A DNA stretch of 64,000 bases, taken from NCBI GenBank assembly GCA_037189525.1, contig JBBCJC010000003.1, positions 448,001 to 512,000 on the forward strand, written 5' to 3'. The position numbers were made by a program, and so were the translations under genes. Positions 21,597 through 32,001 of this stretch are shown here, one piece after another (position 1 is the first letter of the stretch; each line of letters starts with the position of its first letter). A model generated the notes under the pieces. That model made no database searches, was not told where the DNA came from, and was given only the letters and a program-made list of their open reading frames with translations. Source of the stretch: Gemmatimonadales bacterium (lineage in GTDB: Bacteria; Gemmatimonadota; Gemmatimonadetes; Gemmatimonadales; GWC2-71-9).

Positions 21597-22345
21597 TTTC
21601 GCTGGCAGGCAAGGCAGTACTGATTACGGGTGGCTCGCGGGGCATCGGGCGCGCAGCGGCGCTGATGGCCGCCGAGGCTGGTGCGGATGTCGGGATCACC
21701 TACCACCGTCGCGCGGCGGAGGCCGAGGCCGTGGCCAAGCAGGTGCGCAGCCTGGGGAGACGGGCTTTTGTCGGGGGTGGGGATCTGTCCGATCCGGCCA
21801 TCGTCGACCGGGTCTTTCGAGAACTCAAGGCTGCGTTCGGAGGGCTCGACGGGTTCGTGGCCAATGCGGGTGTCTGGCCGGCCGATGAAACGCCGATTGC
21901 CAAGATGGCGCACACCCGGTGGCGGGAGACGCTGGCGCAGAATCTCGATTCGGTCTTCCTGACCACGCGCGCGGCGCTCAACATGATGCGGCCGGGCGGT
22001 TCCGTCGTGATCGTCTCGAGTACGGCGGGGCAGCGGGGCGAGGCGTTTCATGGGGACTACGGCGCCTCCAAGGGTGCACTCATTTCTCTCACCAAATCTC
22101 TTTGTGTCGAGGTTGCTCCGCAGATTCGTGTCAATTGTGTCGCTCCGGGATGGGTCGATACGGAGATGAGCGCCGTGCCATATGCCGATGGCGGCAAGGC
22201 GCGCATCACCGAGACGATTCCCCTCAAGCGGATTCCTCCGGCCGAAGACATTGCCGGGCCGATCCTCTTTCTGCTGAGCGGCCTGTCGCGGCACATCACC
22301 GGCGAAGTCATCAACGTGAATGGTGGCAGCGTTCTCTGCGGATGA
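21593..22345 (+). CDS. Short-chain dehydrogenase/reductase (FabG-like)
   Basis: TGGSRGIG, ANAG, YGASK, RVNCVAPGWVDT. Confidence 0.95.
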   Translation: MISLAGKAVLITGGSRGIGRAAALMAAEAGADVGITYHRRAAEAEAVAKQVRSLGRRAFVGGGDLSDPAIVDRVFRELKAAFGGLDGFVANAGVWPADETPIAKMAHTRWRETLAQNLDSVFLTTRAALNMMRPGGSVVIVSSTAGQRGEAFHGDYGASKGALISLTKSLCVEVAPQIRVNCVAPGWVDTEMSAVPYADGGKARITETIPLKRIPPAEDIAGPILFLLSGLSRHITGEVINVNGGSVLCG

Positions 22346-22352
22346 CGGCGGC

Positions 22353-23570
22353 GTGACGCCCGGCCGGGAAGGGGCGGCCGAGGGCGCAGCGGCGTTCCGG
22401 CCGCGGCAGTTGACCCTGCCTGATGAGATCCTCGAGATAGCGGCCACTCTGGAACGGGCGGGGCACGAGACGTGGTGTGTGGGCGGCTCGGTGCGCGACG
22501 CCGTGATGGGCGGGCCGCGTGATGACATCGACCTGGCGACGGCGGCCACCCCGGATCAGGTGCTGGCCCTCTTTCCTCGGACGGTGCCGGTCGGGATCAA
22601 GTTCGGGACGGTTGGTGTGCTCGATCGCCAGCGCCAGCTGCACGAGGTGACGACCTTCCGGCGCGATGTCACGACCGACGGGCGCCATGCCGAGGTGGTC
22701 TTTGCAGCGACGATCGACGAGGACCTGGGCCGTCGCGATTTCACCATGAATGCGATTGCCTACCACCCGCTGCGGCACGAGTGGCGCGATCCGTATGGCG
22801 GGGCGGCCGACATCTCGGCGCGCGTCGTGCGGGCGGTGGGTGTGCCCAGCGAGCGGTTTCACGAAGACTACCTGCGGATTCTCCGGGCCCTGCGGTTCGC
22901 GGCCCGATTCGATTTTGCCATCGATGCCGTGACCTGGCAGGCGGCGCTCGCCGGGGTCGACGGCTTGCGACGACTTTCGGCGGAGCGGATTCGGGACGAG
23001 TGGTTCCGAACGTTGGAGACCGCCCGGTCGGTGCGCCGCGCGGTCGGCTTGTGGCGGGATGTCGGGGCGGCGGCGGTGTGTCTGCCTGGACTGCACGACG
23101 ACTATCCGCTGGCCGCGGACGACCCGTCACCGCGAGACCCGGTGTTGCTGACGACCTTACTGGTGCGGCAGGCGGGACGCCTTTTGGACCGGCTCAAGGC
23201 CTCGCGGGCCGAGATCGATCGAGCCTTGCGGATCGAGCGGGGGCCTGAGGAGCCGCACGATACGTCGCCGGTGCGGGTCCGGCGGTGGCTGGCACAGGTG
23301 GAGCCCGCGGCGGATGACCTGCTGGCCGCGCATCGGCTTCGTACCGGGACCGAGGCGCCGTGGGCTTCGGTGGTAACCGAGATTCGTGATCGCGGCGAAG
23401 CGACTTCCCGTGCGCAGCTTGCTGTGACCGGCGACGATCTCCGCTCGGCGGGCATCGCCCCCGGTCCTGATCTCGGCCGGATTCTCGGTCTTTTGATGGA
23501 CGAGGTGCTCGACGAGCCGGGACGCAATCAGCGGGATCGGCTCTTGGCCCGAGCGCTGGAGTTGCGATGA
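22353..23570 (+). CDS. cca: CCA tRNA nucleotidyltransferase (class II); start uncertain
   Basis: VGGSVRD, DIDLAT, EVTTFR, DLGRRDFTMNA, EDYLRILRALRF, SAERI. Confidence 0.9.
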   Translation: MTPGREGAAEGAAAFRPRQLTLPDEILEIAATLERAGHETWCVGGSVRDAVMGGPRDDIDLATAATPDQVLALFPRTVPVGIKFGTVGVLDRQRQLHEVTTFRRDVTTDGRHAEVVFAATIDEDLGRRDFTMNAIAYHPLRHEWRDPYGGAADISARVVRAVGVPSERFHEDYLRILRALRFAARFDFAIDAVTWQAALAGVDGLRRLSAERIRDEWFRTLETARSVRRAVGLWRDVGAAAVCLPGLHDDYPLAADDPSPRDPVLLTTLLVRQAGRLLDRLKASRAEIDRALRIERGPEEPHDTSPVRVRRWLAQVEPAADDLLAAHRLRTGTEAPWASVVTEIRDRGEATSRAQLAVTGDDLRSAGIAPGPDLGRILGLLMDEVLDEPGRNQRDRLLARALELR

Positions 23571-24895
23571 GCGGCCCCTCCTTGTTCGAATCGGAAAGCC
23601 TGCCGCTCCCCGAGCGGATGCGGCCGCGGGCGCTCGACGAATTCGTGGGCCAGCGGCAACTGCTGGGCCCGGGTCAGGCGTTAGGCGAAGCGATCCGCCG
23701 CGGCGACCTGGGTAGCACCATTTTCTGGGGGCCGCCCGGGGTCGGCAAGACGACGCTGGCGCGGCTGATTGCGCAGCACACGGGCCGCGAGTTTGTCGCC
23801 TTCAGCGCCGTGACGGAAGGGGTTCCCCGGGTTCGCGAAATCATTCGGGAAGCCGAGCAGCGCCTGATGATGGGGCGCGGGACGATCCTCTTCTGCGACG
23901 AGATCCATCGCTTCAACCGGGCCCAGCAGGACGCCTTCCTGCCCCATGTGGAGCGCGGTACGGTCACCCTGATCGGCGCGACCACGGAAAATCCCAGCTT
24001 CAGCCTCAACGGCGCGCTGCTGAGCCGATGCCGTGTCTTCGTCCTCGAGCCGCTGGCCGTGCAAGACCTGGTCGGGTTGCTCCGCCGGGCGCTCGGCGAT
24101 GTCGAACGGGGCCTCGGTGCGCAGGGTGTCGAGGCTTCGGACGAGGTCCTCGAGATCATCGCCACTCAGGCGGACGGCGACGCGCGGATGGCGCTCACCA
24201 CCCTGGAGGCCGCCGCTCGGCACGTAGGTCTCAAGGGGGAGCTGACGCGCGAGGCGCTCGAGGTGGCGCTGGCCCGACGGATGCCGCGCTACGACGCGAC
24301 CGGGGAAGAACATTTCAATCATCTGTCGGCGTATCACAAGTCGCTCCGGGGCAGCGACCCCGACGGGGCGCTGTACTGGATGGCGCGGATGATCGAGGGG
24401 GGCGAGGATCCGCGGATCCTCTTCCGGCGGGCCACGGCCATGGCGGCCGAGGATATCGGCCTGGCCGATCCCAACGCGCTCCTGCTGGCGGTCGCTGCGC
24501 GGAATGCCTATGAGGTCCTGGGGCCGCCGGAGGGGTACCTTCCGCTGGCCGAGATGACCATCTACCTGGCGACTGCGCCGAAATCGAACAGTACGATCAA
24601 GGCGCTCCATGCGGCCTTGGCAGCGGCGCGGGAGACGCCATCGGCGCCGGTGCCCGCGCATCTCCGGAACGCCCCGACCAAGCTGATGAAGGAGCTTGGG
24701 TATGGGGCCGAGTATCGTTATGCACATGACGCCCCGGAGCATTATGTGGCACAAACGTACCTCCCGGACGTCTTGAAGGGCCGGAGCCTGTATCAGCCTG
24801 GTCATCTGGGGTTCGAAAAGAAGGTCGTCGAACGGATTGCCCATTGGCGAACCCTTGGGGGCAAGGCCGAGCCCGATCAGGAAAGGAAAGGGTAG
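23567..24895 (+). CDS. rarA: Replication-associated recombination protein A (MgsA)
   Basis: PLPERMRP, WGPPGVGKTT, DEIHRFN, ATTENP, HKSLRGSD, YRYAHD. Confidence 0.97.
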   Translation: MSGPSLFESESLPLPERMRPRALDEFVGQRQLLGPGQALGEAIRRGDLGSTIFWGPPGVGKTTLARLIAQHTGREFVAFSAVTEGVPRVREIIREAEQRLMMGRGTILFCDEIHRFNRAQQDAFLPHVERGTVTLIGATTENPSFSLNGALLSRCRVFVLEPLAVQDLVGLLRRALGDVERGLGAQGVEASDEVLEIIATQADGDARMALTTLEAAARHVGLKGELTREALEVALARRMPRYDATGEEHFNHLSAYHKSLRGSDPDGALYWMARMIEGGEDPRILFRRATAMAAEDIGLADPNALLLAVAARNAYEVLGPPEGYLPLAEMTIYLATAPKSNSTIKALHAALAAARETPSAPVPAHLRNAPTKLMKELGYGAEYRYAHDAPEHYVAQTYLPDVLKGRSLYQPGHLGFEKKVVERIAHWRTLGGKAEPDQERKG

Positions 24896-24911
24896 TCGTA
24901 TCAGTCGTCAG

Positions 24912-26168
24912 ATGATCGAAGTTGCGCCTCCGATCGAGCGGGCCATTCTGGTCGGCGCGCCACGGAAGGGAAGCCGGGATTCGGAGCAACTGGCCGAGCA
25001 TCTCGAGGAACTGGCCGAACTGGTGGACACGGCGGGGGCCGAGATCGTGGGCCGGACCTGGCAGCATCTGGCGTCGGCCAGCGCAGCGACCCTGATCGGT
25101 GAGGGAAAAGTCGCCGAGGTCAAGGCGATGGTAGCCGACTTGGGCGCGACCCTGGTGGTGTTCGACGAAGAGCTGACGCCGGTGCAGGGGGCCAATCTCG
25201 AGAAGGAACTCGAGGTTCGGGTGATGGATCGCGCCGAGGTCATTCTCGATATTTTCTCGACCCGGGCGCGATCGGCCGAGGCCCGATTGCAGGTCGAGCT
25301 TGCGCAGCTGCAGTACATGTTGCCTCGGCTGGCTCGGATGTGGACCCACCTTTCCCGAATCCGGGGCGGTATCGGTCTACGGGGTCCGGGTGAAACGCAG
25401 ATCGAGACCGACCGCCGGATGATCCGGAAGAAGATCCAGCATCATCAGGCCAAGTTGCGGGATGTGGCGCGCCATCGTGAGACGGTGCGGTCGGGGCGGC
25501 AGCAGATGCTCAGCACGGCGCTGGTGGGCTATACCAACGCGGGCAAGTCGAGCATCCTGCGCGGCCTGACGGGCGAGAAGGAGATCTTCGTCGAGGATCG
25601 CCTGTTTGCGACCTTGGATACGCTGACGCGTGAGGTGGAGTTGGGGCCGGGGCTTCGGACGCGGGTGACCGACACGGTCGGCTTCATTCGCAAGCTGCCG
25701 CATCACCTGGTGGCGAGCTTCCGGGCGACGCTGGAAGAAGCGCGGGAGGCGGATGTGCTGCTCCATGTGGTGGATGCGAGCCACCCGGAGTGGGAGGAGC
25801 ACGTCCAGGTGGTCGAGCAGGTGTTGAGTGAACTCGAGATGGCGGATCAACCGACGCTGCTGGTCTTCAACAAGAGCGATCGGCTGGAGGATCCGGCGAG
25901 TTTCGAGGCGCGGGTAGTAGAGTTGTACCCGGGCTCGGTGGTGGTGAATACGGTTGATCCGCACGGGTTGGATCGGTTGCGGGAGGCGCTGACGGAGCGG
26001 GCGCGCCGGCTCCGGCCGACGGTGCGGCTGGTGGTACCGGCGACGGATGGGAAGCGCCTGGCGGAGGTCTACCGGGCCGGGGAGGTGGTGGCCCGGGAGG
26101 ACACGCCGGACGGGGTGGCGTTGACGGTGCGGATGGACGAATGGAAGGCGCGGCAGTTCGGAAATTAG
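24912..26168 (+). CDS. hflX: GTPase HflX
   Basis: ILDIF, LQVELAQ, GPGETQIETDRR, GYTNAGKS, LFATLD, DTVGFI, NKSD. Confidence 0.97.
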   Translation: MIEVAPPIERAILVGAPRKGSRDSEQLAEHLEELAELVDTAGAEIVGRTWQHLASASAATLIGEGKVAEVKAMVADLGATLVVFDEELTPVQGANLEKELEVRVMDRAEVILDIFSTRARSAEARLQVELAQLQYMLPRLARMWTHLSRIRGGIGLRGPGETQIETDRRMIRKKIQHHQAKLRDVARHRETVRSGRQQMLSTALVGYTNAGKSSILRGLTGEKEIFVEDRLFATLDTLTREVELGPGLRTRVTDTVGFIRKLPHHLVASFRATLEEAREADVLLHVVDASHPEWEEHVQVVEQVLSELEMADQPTLLVFNKSDRLEDPASFEARVVELYPGSVVVNTVDPHGLDRLREALTERARRLRPTVRLVVPATDGKRLAEVYRAGEVVAREDTPDGVALTVRMDEWKARQFGN

Positions 26169-26184
26169 CGGGGCACGCGCTTCG

Positions 26185-27192
26185 CTAGGTTTTCCTGCGG
26201 GCCGTGACATCTGCGATGATGTCGCGCAACCCGTCGCGGCGAACCGGATAGGTGAAGTTTGCAAGAATATGATTACGCCCTTGCCGACCCATGTCAGCTG
26301 CGTATGAGGGGTTGTCGAGGAGCCTGATCGCCGCCGTTGCGATCAAGTCCGGTTCTGGTCGTTCAAGGAGGATCGCGCCAGGGCCGACTACTTCGGCAAC
26401 AGCTCCTTGCGGATTTGTTACCACCGGCGCTTCGCAGGCGATCGCCTCGGCGATTGCAAGCCCGAATCCTTCCAGGAGGGTCGGTTGCAGGTAGGCGGCG
26501 CATGTCTGCATCAGGTGGATTTTTTCTGTTTCGCTGATGATGCCGAGGAAATCGATGGCGTGCTCGACGTTGAGATGCCTGGCAGTGTCCACCAGCGTCG
26601 TGTGATACTCTCCTTGTCGTCCGGCCATTCGGAGCCGAACGTTCGGATGCTTCTCGAGGATGGCCGGCATTGCCTCGATGATCTCGCGAAGGCACTTTCT
26701 GCGACCGTTCGTTGCGCCGCTCCATGCGACGTTGAACAGGAACGGCTCACGCGGCTGATTGCCGGGATGGTACCGCTCTGTGTCGACCGTACAAGGGACG
26801 TAACGGGGATTCGGAGCGCCGAACAGACGTGTCACGAGTTCCAGTTCGTAGTTCGATACGAAGACATTGGCGTCGGCACGGTGGAGCATGGCCTTGAGGA
26901 CCTGGCGTTTCCACCACGAGCGGCCGATCCCGGGGATACGTTCCGACGAGTAGTCGTACACGCCGGTGATGATCATCGGCTTGCCCTTGGCTCGGGCATG
27001 GAAGTAGGGTAGAAATGCCCAGGACCACCACCATACGAAGTAGAGATCGCAGTCCGGTGGGATGTCGCGAAATCGTGTGGCGGTCACTACCTCGTGACCG
27101 AGATCTTTCAGGGCACGAATATCCTGAGCGTAGAAATTGACGGTGACGAGAATGTCTTCCGAGGGCACTTTGGCAAAGAAGCAAATACGCAT
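26185..27192 (-). CDS. Glycosyltransferase family 4
   Basis: GT-B motif EGFGLAIAEAIAC; divergent from the polysaccharide operon. Confidence 0.9.
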   Translation of the reverse strand: MRICFFAKVPSEDILVTVNFYAQDIRALKDLGHEVVTATRFRDIPPDCDLYFVWWWSWAFLPYFHARAKGKPMIITGVYDYSSERIPGIGRSWWKRQVLKAMLHRADANVFVSNYELELVTRLFGAPNPRYVPCTVDTERYHPGNQPREPFLFNVAWSGATNGRRKCLREIIEAMPAILEKHPNVRLRMAGRQGEYHTTLVDTARHLNVEHAIDFLGIISETEKIHLMQTCAAYLQPTLLEGFGLAIAEAIACEAPVVTNPQGAVAEVVGPGAILLERPEPDLIATAAIRLLDNPSYAADMGRQGRNHILANFTYPVRRDGLRDIIADVTARRKT

Positions 27193-27365
27193 CAGGTTGC
27201 GAGGCTGTCAGATGGTAGTAGGCGCATGTAGCGGAGGCCACGAAGTTCCCGACCATGACCACTATATACCCATCGTGAACGGGTTGCCAGGGTGTCCCGT
27301 TCGGATAGTGTGAGGAAAAGGTAATGTGTCATGCGATCTGACTTCTTTGATGTGAGAATGACTCG

Positions 27366-28319
27366 ATGATCATGGGACGCCTGCTGAACCGGTTTGATAC
27401 GCTGCTCCGCGCCTGGCGAAAACTTCTTTTGGGAGCGATCGCAGGAGCGACCGTCGGCGTGGCGGTGTCATTTCTTGTTCCGCGCCAATACACTGCCACC
27501 GCTTCATTCATTCCGGAGTCGACGGACAGTGGCAACCTTCTCCGTGGTCTGGCTGGTGTTGCCGCGCAGCTCAATCTGGGTGGGAGCATGACGCCGGGGC
27601 AGAGTCCGCAGTTCTTTGCCGATGTCCTCACATCGCGTGAAATCATCGACGCTGTCCTGGCGCAGCCGATATCCGGTAATGACTCGACGGTACTGGATCT
27701 GTTCGTCGGACCTGACGACAGTGTCATATCTCGCGTTGAAGAGGGGCGCCGCGAACTTCGCCGCCACGTATCGGCGTCCGCCAACCCGCGAACCAGTATC
27801 GTGTCGATCAATGTTTTGGGGCCGACTCCGGCTCTCGCCACGGCCATTGCGTCCTCGTTTCTGAGGGTTCTGGATCAGTTCAATCGTAAGACGCGCCAGT
27901 CGCAAGCAGGCGCACGCCGGCAGTTTGCGGAAGCTCGGGGCAGGGAGGCCAATGACTCTCTGGCCAGTGCCGAGCGTCAGCTGCGACTGTTTGTCGAGCG
28001 CAATCGCATGTACAACGACTCACCCAGTCTGCTCCTCGAATATGAGCGACTGCAGCGTCAAGTCGCGCGGACCCAGGACCTTGCGACGAACCTGGGCCGG
28101 GAGTATGAGATGGCGAGGATCGCTGAGGCTAACGACACGCCAGTCCTCTCGATCCTCGACCGGCCGTACGCCGATGCCAAGGCCTCGGCGCCTCGTCGGC
28201 TGCTCTGGATGATTGCCGGTTCATTCGCCGGGCTGATGCTTGCGATAGGCAGTGCTTTACGAGCCGGGACCTATCTGCGCCAGTGGTTTCGGCCGTCGTC
28301 TCAGACATCATCTGAGTGA
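27366..28319 (+). CDS. Wzz/GumC-like polysaccharide co-polymerase
   Basis: N-terminal TM followed by PRQYTATASF, periplasmic coiled coil, ILDRP...PRR, C-terminal TM; no kinase domain. Confidence 0.88.
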   Translation: MIMGRLLNRFDTLLRAWRKLLLGAIAGATVGVAVSFLVPRQYTATASFIPESTDSGNLLRGLAGVAAQLNLGGSMTPGQSPQFFADVLTSREIIDAVLAQPISGNDSTVLDLFVGPDDSVISRVEEGRRELRRHVSASANPRTSIVSINVLGPTPALATAIASSFLRVLDQFNRKTRQSQAGARRQFAEARGREANDSLASAERQLRLFVERNRMYNDSPSLLLEYERLQRQVARTQDLATNLGREYEMARIAEANDTPVLSILDRPYADAKASAPRRLLWMIAGSFAGLMLAIGSALRAGTYLRQWFRPSSQTSSE

Positions 28320-28332
28320 GCATCAACGCGCT

Positions 28333-29589
28333 GTGGTGATCCGCCGGATTACGCCCGGTCGACGCGAGTTCCTTTACCTCGCGGCCTTTACCGGTTTGGT
28401 GCAGGGCGGTCCGCTGCTTTCACAGCTCGTTCTTGCGCGAGCTTTGGGGCCGTCGCTCTTTGCGCCGATTCGGGTGGCTGAGAGTGTCCTCTCGATTGCC
28501 TGGGTCCTTGCCGGCGCTGGTTTCGCCTCCGCCGCGGTCCGATTTGCCGGCGCGGTGGCCGTCGATCGTACTGCCCAAGCCGTTCTCGGGTTTGTCCTCA
28601 AGTCTGCAATTGTCGCCAGTATCGTGGTTGCCGCCGCGATTGCCGGTGCGGGCGGTTTTGCTCCTCTCTCTCCGCAGGCATTGGCCGCATCCCGGATTGC
28701 CTGCTGGTCGCTGGTCGGCATGGCCATCTCCCGAGTCCTCGTCAACTATTTCCAAGGTCGAGGTGAGCTGCATCGCATTGTGGTCGTTGGACTGAGCACC
28801 TTCGTCGTGTCGGCGATGCTGCCGATCATTGGTGGCGTCCTCTCGGGAGCAGAAGGCTGGGCCTGGTCTCGCCTGGGCGGAGAGACCATAGGTGCGCTTG
28901 CCTTGCTCGCGATTGCGCGAGTCCAGTTTCGCTTGGGGCTCGACCAGGTCCTGCGGCGACAAACGCTGCGCTACGCATTGTGGCTTGCCGTGTCGCTGTC
29001 CTTCGATCGAGTGACAGCCATGGCGGACGCCATCTATCTCGATGCGCTGGTTCGGGATCCTGAATTGGTGGGCCAATACGGTGCGGCCATCGCAATCGTT
29101 TCAGGCGCGCTCGTCATACCGGGGGTCTGGGCTGCGTACCAGTTGCCCCGTCTCGCGCGTGTAGTGTACGAACCCGCCGCGTTTCGAGCTGCTGTCATCA
29201 GGTGGTCCCGAGGGTACTTCGGGGTGCTCGGAACTCTTGGAGTCACGATGTGGATCGGGGCAGGAGTGATCGTGAACCTCCTGGTCGGACCCCAGTACTC
29301 TCTTGCCGAGCAATTGGTTCGAGTCCTTGCAATCTGGATGTTCTGCAGCGGTGCCTTGACGTTTTTCGGGACCTTGCTGCTCGCCTTGGGTCGTCCTGCC
29401 TGGGCCGTTTCGCAGAGTGCGGTGGGATTGGCCGTTAGTGTTCCGCTCAATCTCGTGCTCATCAGCCAGTTCTCGGTATGGGGCGCCGTCGCTGCAGCCT
29501 TGATCACGGTTGCCGTCCGGTTGCTGTTGATCATTCCGATGGCCTATCTCGGCGCGCGGCGCGCGGCTCTGGCGGGAGTCCCCGGATGA
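28333..29589 (+). CDS. Wzx-type oligosaccharide flippase; start approximate
   Basis: Many TM segments, LARALGP, VGQYGAA, LNLVLI...GAVAA; position in the locus. Confidence 0.85.
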   Translation: MVIRRITPGRREFLYLAAFTGLVQGGPLLSQLVLARALGPSLFAPIRVAESVLSIAWVLAGAGFASAAVRFAGAVAVDRTAQAVLGFVLKSAIVASIVVAAAIAGAGGFAPLSPQALAASRIACWSLVGMAISRVLVNYFQGRGELHRIVVVGLSTFVVSAMLPIIGGVLSGAEGWAWSRLGGETIGALALLAIARVQFRLGLDQVLRRQTLRYALWLAVSLSFDRVTAMADAIYLDALVRDPELVGQYGAAIAIVSGALVIPGVWAAYQLPRLARVVYEPAAFRAAVIRWSRGYFGVLGTLGVTMWIGAGVIVNLLVGPQYSLAEQLVRVLAIWMFCSGALTFFGTLLLALGRPAWAVSQSAVGLAVSVPLNLVLISQFSVWGAVAAALITVAVRLLLIIPMAYLGARRAALAGVPG

Positions 29590-31838
29590 TCTCGCGACCG
29601 GGATCGTACGGATTCAAAGTCGGCGTCTTCGGGTGCGCTGCCGTTGCGATCGTGTCGCTAGGCCTTGCCTCGGTGGTGAGGGTGGGGTTTTTCCCAATCG
29701 AATTGTTAGGCGCTTTGGTTGGATTGGCGTCGGCAGGGGTCATTGCTCGTCGCAGGGTCGAAGAACAAATGTGGGCGTGGATCGTTCTTTTTGTCCTGTT
29801 GATGGGTTACGTCGTCAAGTCGTTCGCTTTTCTCTTATGGACCGAGTATCTCGGGGGTGAGTTGGCCGAACTCGACTGGGTCAGAGTCGACGATGTGGTC
29901 AACGGCTTTTTGCCTATCGGTACTGCCTTTCTTGCCTTCGGGCTTGCCGCATCGTGGCTTGCACGGGGATACCGTAGTTCATCCACGACGATCAGTCTCC
30001 GGCCTCCGGATCACGGCGTGCTTCGCTCGGTCATCGTCATTGCAATCGCACTCGGGGTGATTACAACAGTCATCCCCTTCCTGCTCGGATTCGGAGCAAT
30101 GGGAGTTGCACACCAACCGCTGCCATTCAGGCTCGATATCCCCATAACGCGCATGCGGGTCACGCTGGTTCCTGCCGTCCTTGCCTGCTGCGCGTGGATC
30201 GCTGATCGGCATCGAATGCGGTCCGCCGTGGTCCTGGCGATCGGTGGCTTGGTCGGGGTTGCCCTGCTGGATGCTGTGGTTCGGGGCAGCAGGGGGAGTC
30301 TGGTGCTCTTCGTTCTTCCGGTGCTGCTGACGTGGATTGTCGAGGACCGTGTTACGCTGCAACGTCGTTGGGGCATGGTTGCGTTCGTCGCGACGTTCCT
30401 GGTGCTTCACCCGGTGCTCAGCGCCGTGCGGTATGCTCGCATGTTTGGTGACGTGGTGAGTGTCGGGGCGGTCCTTGACGCTTTACGCTCAGGTGATCTC
30501 GCCAGTCTGTTCAGCGGCGCATTTGTCGGAGCATCGATGCGTGTTTCCGGGGCGGACGGTGTATGGTGGGTCGGTTTGAATCAGCCGACGGCATGGAATT
30601 GGCAATTCCTGTCGTTGTTTCTTCAGGACGGGAAGTTCACTCAGATTTTCACATGGGATATCATCGGAGTGGCGAGAGAGGCCGATTGGCGAGCTCCGAC
30701 ACTGTTAGGAGTTTTCCTCTTTATCGGCGGCCTGTCCGCGGTTGCCGCGCTTACTTTCGCGTGGTCTGGGGTTTTGGCGAAGGCGAATCAATGGGTGAGC
30801 CGTCTGCATTCGGCACCTGCAGCACTCGGGATCTTTGGAACGTTCTGCTTGATTTGGGTGAGCGAAGGCAAGTTTGGTATTCGGGAACCGATTGGCCTGG
30901 TGATTGCCCTCATTCTGGTCGAGATATTGACGCGCTGGCTTTGCAGTTCGAGCCGTTCCACCGGCCAGCGCGATTCGAACACCGATCCTCTACTCCGGCA
31001 GAAGTACGTTCATTGGGTAACCGTTGGGGCTGCAGTCGGGCTCGTGGGCGCCGCGATAGGCAGCCGGCAGGCGATGGTAACGGCGCGGGTTCTCCCGCTC
31101 AGCGACGTCGTGCGGGTCGAGACCCAGGTCGACGTGGATCGCGAACTGGACGATCTGGGCTATGACGTTCCGCAGCCAGGTAACCCCCATGTGGTCGCGC
31201 AGCTAGCAAGGGCGTCTGTCGTTCTCGAATCGTCGGTGCGGCGCTCCTTGGGGGCTGAAGGGCAGCAGTGTGAGTTGTGCGTTCAGGAGGCAATCTCGCG
31301 TCTGCGGAGGAATTTACGGGTGTCGGTACGCGGGGCAACGGGTGTCGTCAGCTTTCAACTCGCGTCGTCCGACGTTACGGAGGCCACGTCATTGATCGAG
31401 GGCGTGATCGCGGCAATCGACTCGGTCGAGGTCCGGCGCAGGCAGGGGCAGGCGATCACCCAGGCTGACTTGCTTCGGCGTCTCGAGCATGAACGGGTGG
31501 AAGAGGAGCGACGTGCGGAGCGTACGCGGACAGCATTTCTTGACGCCAACCGCCTGATTGCTGGTGCGCCTCGGTTGGAGGAGCGCCTTCGGGCGCTCGA
31601 CAACGACCTGGTGAGGGCGAGGGACGAGCGCGCTCGGGTCTCGCGGTTTGCCGCCCAGAGAAGTCTCGATGCGGCGGATTCTCGCTCGGCAATCGCCTAT
31701 ATCGACAGGCCTGCTGCGGAGGATGGCGGCGTTCCCGGGATGCGGCTTTTCTGGCTCCTGATGGGTGCGAATTGTGCTGGAATCGCGTTCGGACTCTGGT
31801 CGTCGAGGTCGGCGTCTAAGCCGGGAATCGCCGGTTGA
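29586..31838 (+). CDS. Putative Wzy-like polymerase fused to a C-terminal Wzz-like co-polymerase domain
   Basis: About 455 aa multi-TM region with a RGSRG loop, then a TM-coiled coil-TM module that aligns by eye with the 27366 protein. Confidence 0.7.
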   Translation: MISRPGSYGFKVGVFGCAAVAIVSLGLASVVRVGFFPIELLGALVGLASAGVIARRRVEEQMWAWIVLFVLLMGYVVKSFAFLLWTEYLGGELAELDWVRVDDVVNGFLPIGTAFLAFGLAASWLARGYRSSSTTISLRPPDHGVLRSVIVIAIALGVITTVIPFLLGFGAMGVAHQPLPFRLDIPITRMRVTLVPAVLACCAWIADRHRMRSAVVLAIGGLVGVALLDAVVRGSRGSLVLFVLPVLLTWIVEDRVTLQRRWGMVAFVATFLVLHPVLSAVRYARMFGDVVSVGAVLDALRSGDLASLFSGAFVGASMRVSGADGVWWVGLNQPTAWNWQFLSLFLQDGKFTQIFTWDIIGVAREADWRAPTLLGVFLFIGGLSAVAALTFAWSGVLAKANQWVSRLHSAPAALGIFGTFCLIWVSEGKFGIREPIGLVIALILVEILTRWLCSSSRSTGQRDSNTDPLLRQKYVHWVTVGAAVGLVGAAIGSRQAMVTARVLPLSDVVRVETQVDVDRELDDLGYDVPQPGNPHVVAQLARASVVLESSVRRSLGAEGQQCELCVQEAISRLRRNLRVSVRGATGVVSFQLASSDVTEATSLIEGVIAAIDSVEVRRRQGQAITQADLLRRLEHERVEEERRAERTRTAFLDANRLIAGAPRLEERLRALDNDLVRARDERARVSRFAAQRSLDAADSRSAIAYIDRPAAEDGGVPGMRLFWLLMGANCAGIAFGLWSSRSASKPGIAG

Positions 31839-32001
31839 TACGTGTCGCACATGTGTGCTTGGGCTATGCTGCGACGTCCTTCGATGGGTGCCCGGGGGCG
31901 GATGGGCGATTACGTTCTCACGCCTGGCGCTGTGGTGGTGGGGCCATGGCGTCCAACGTGCAGGATTCCGGATCAGATGGATCTGGCAACGGGCGTGAAT
32001 C

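Noticed and set aside
27193..27365. ops/JUMPstart element in the divergent gap before wzz
   Set aside because: No GGCGGTAG match; ggtagtaggcg is only superficially similar
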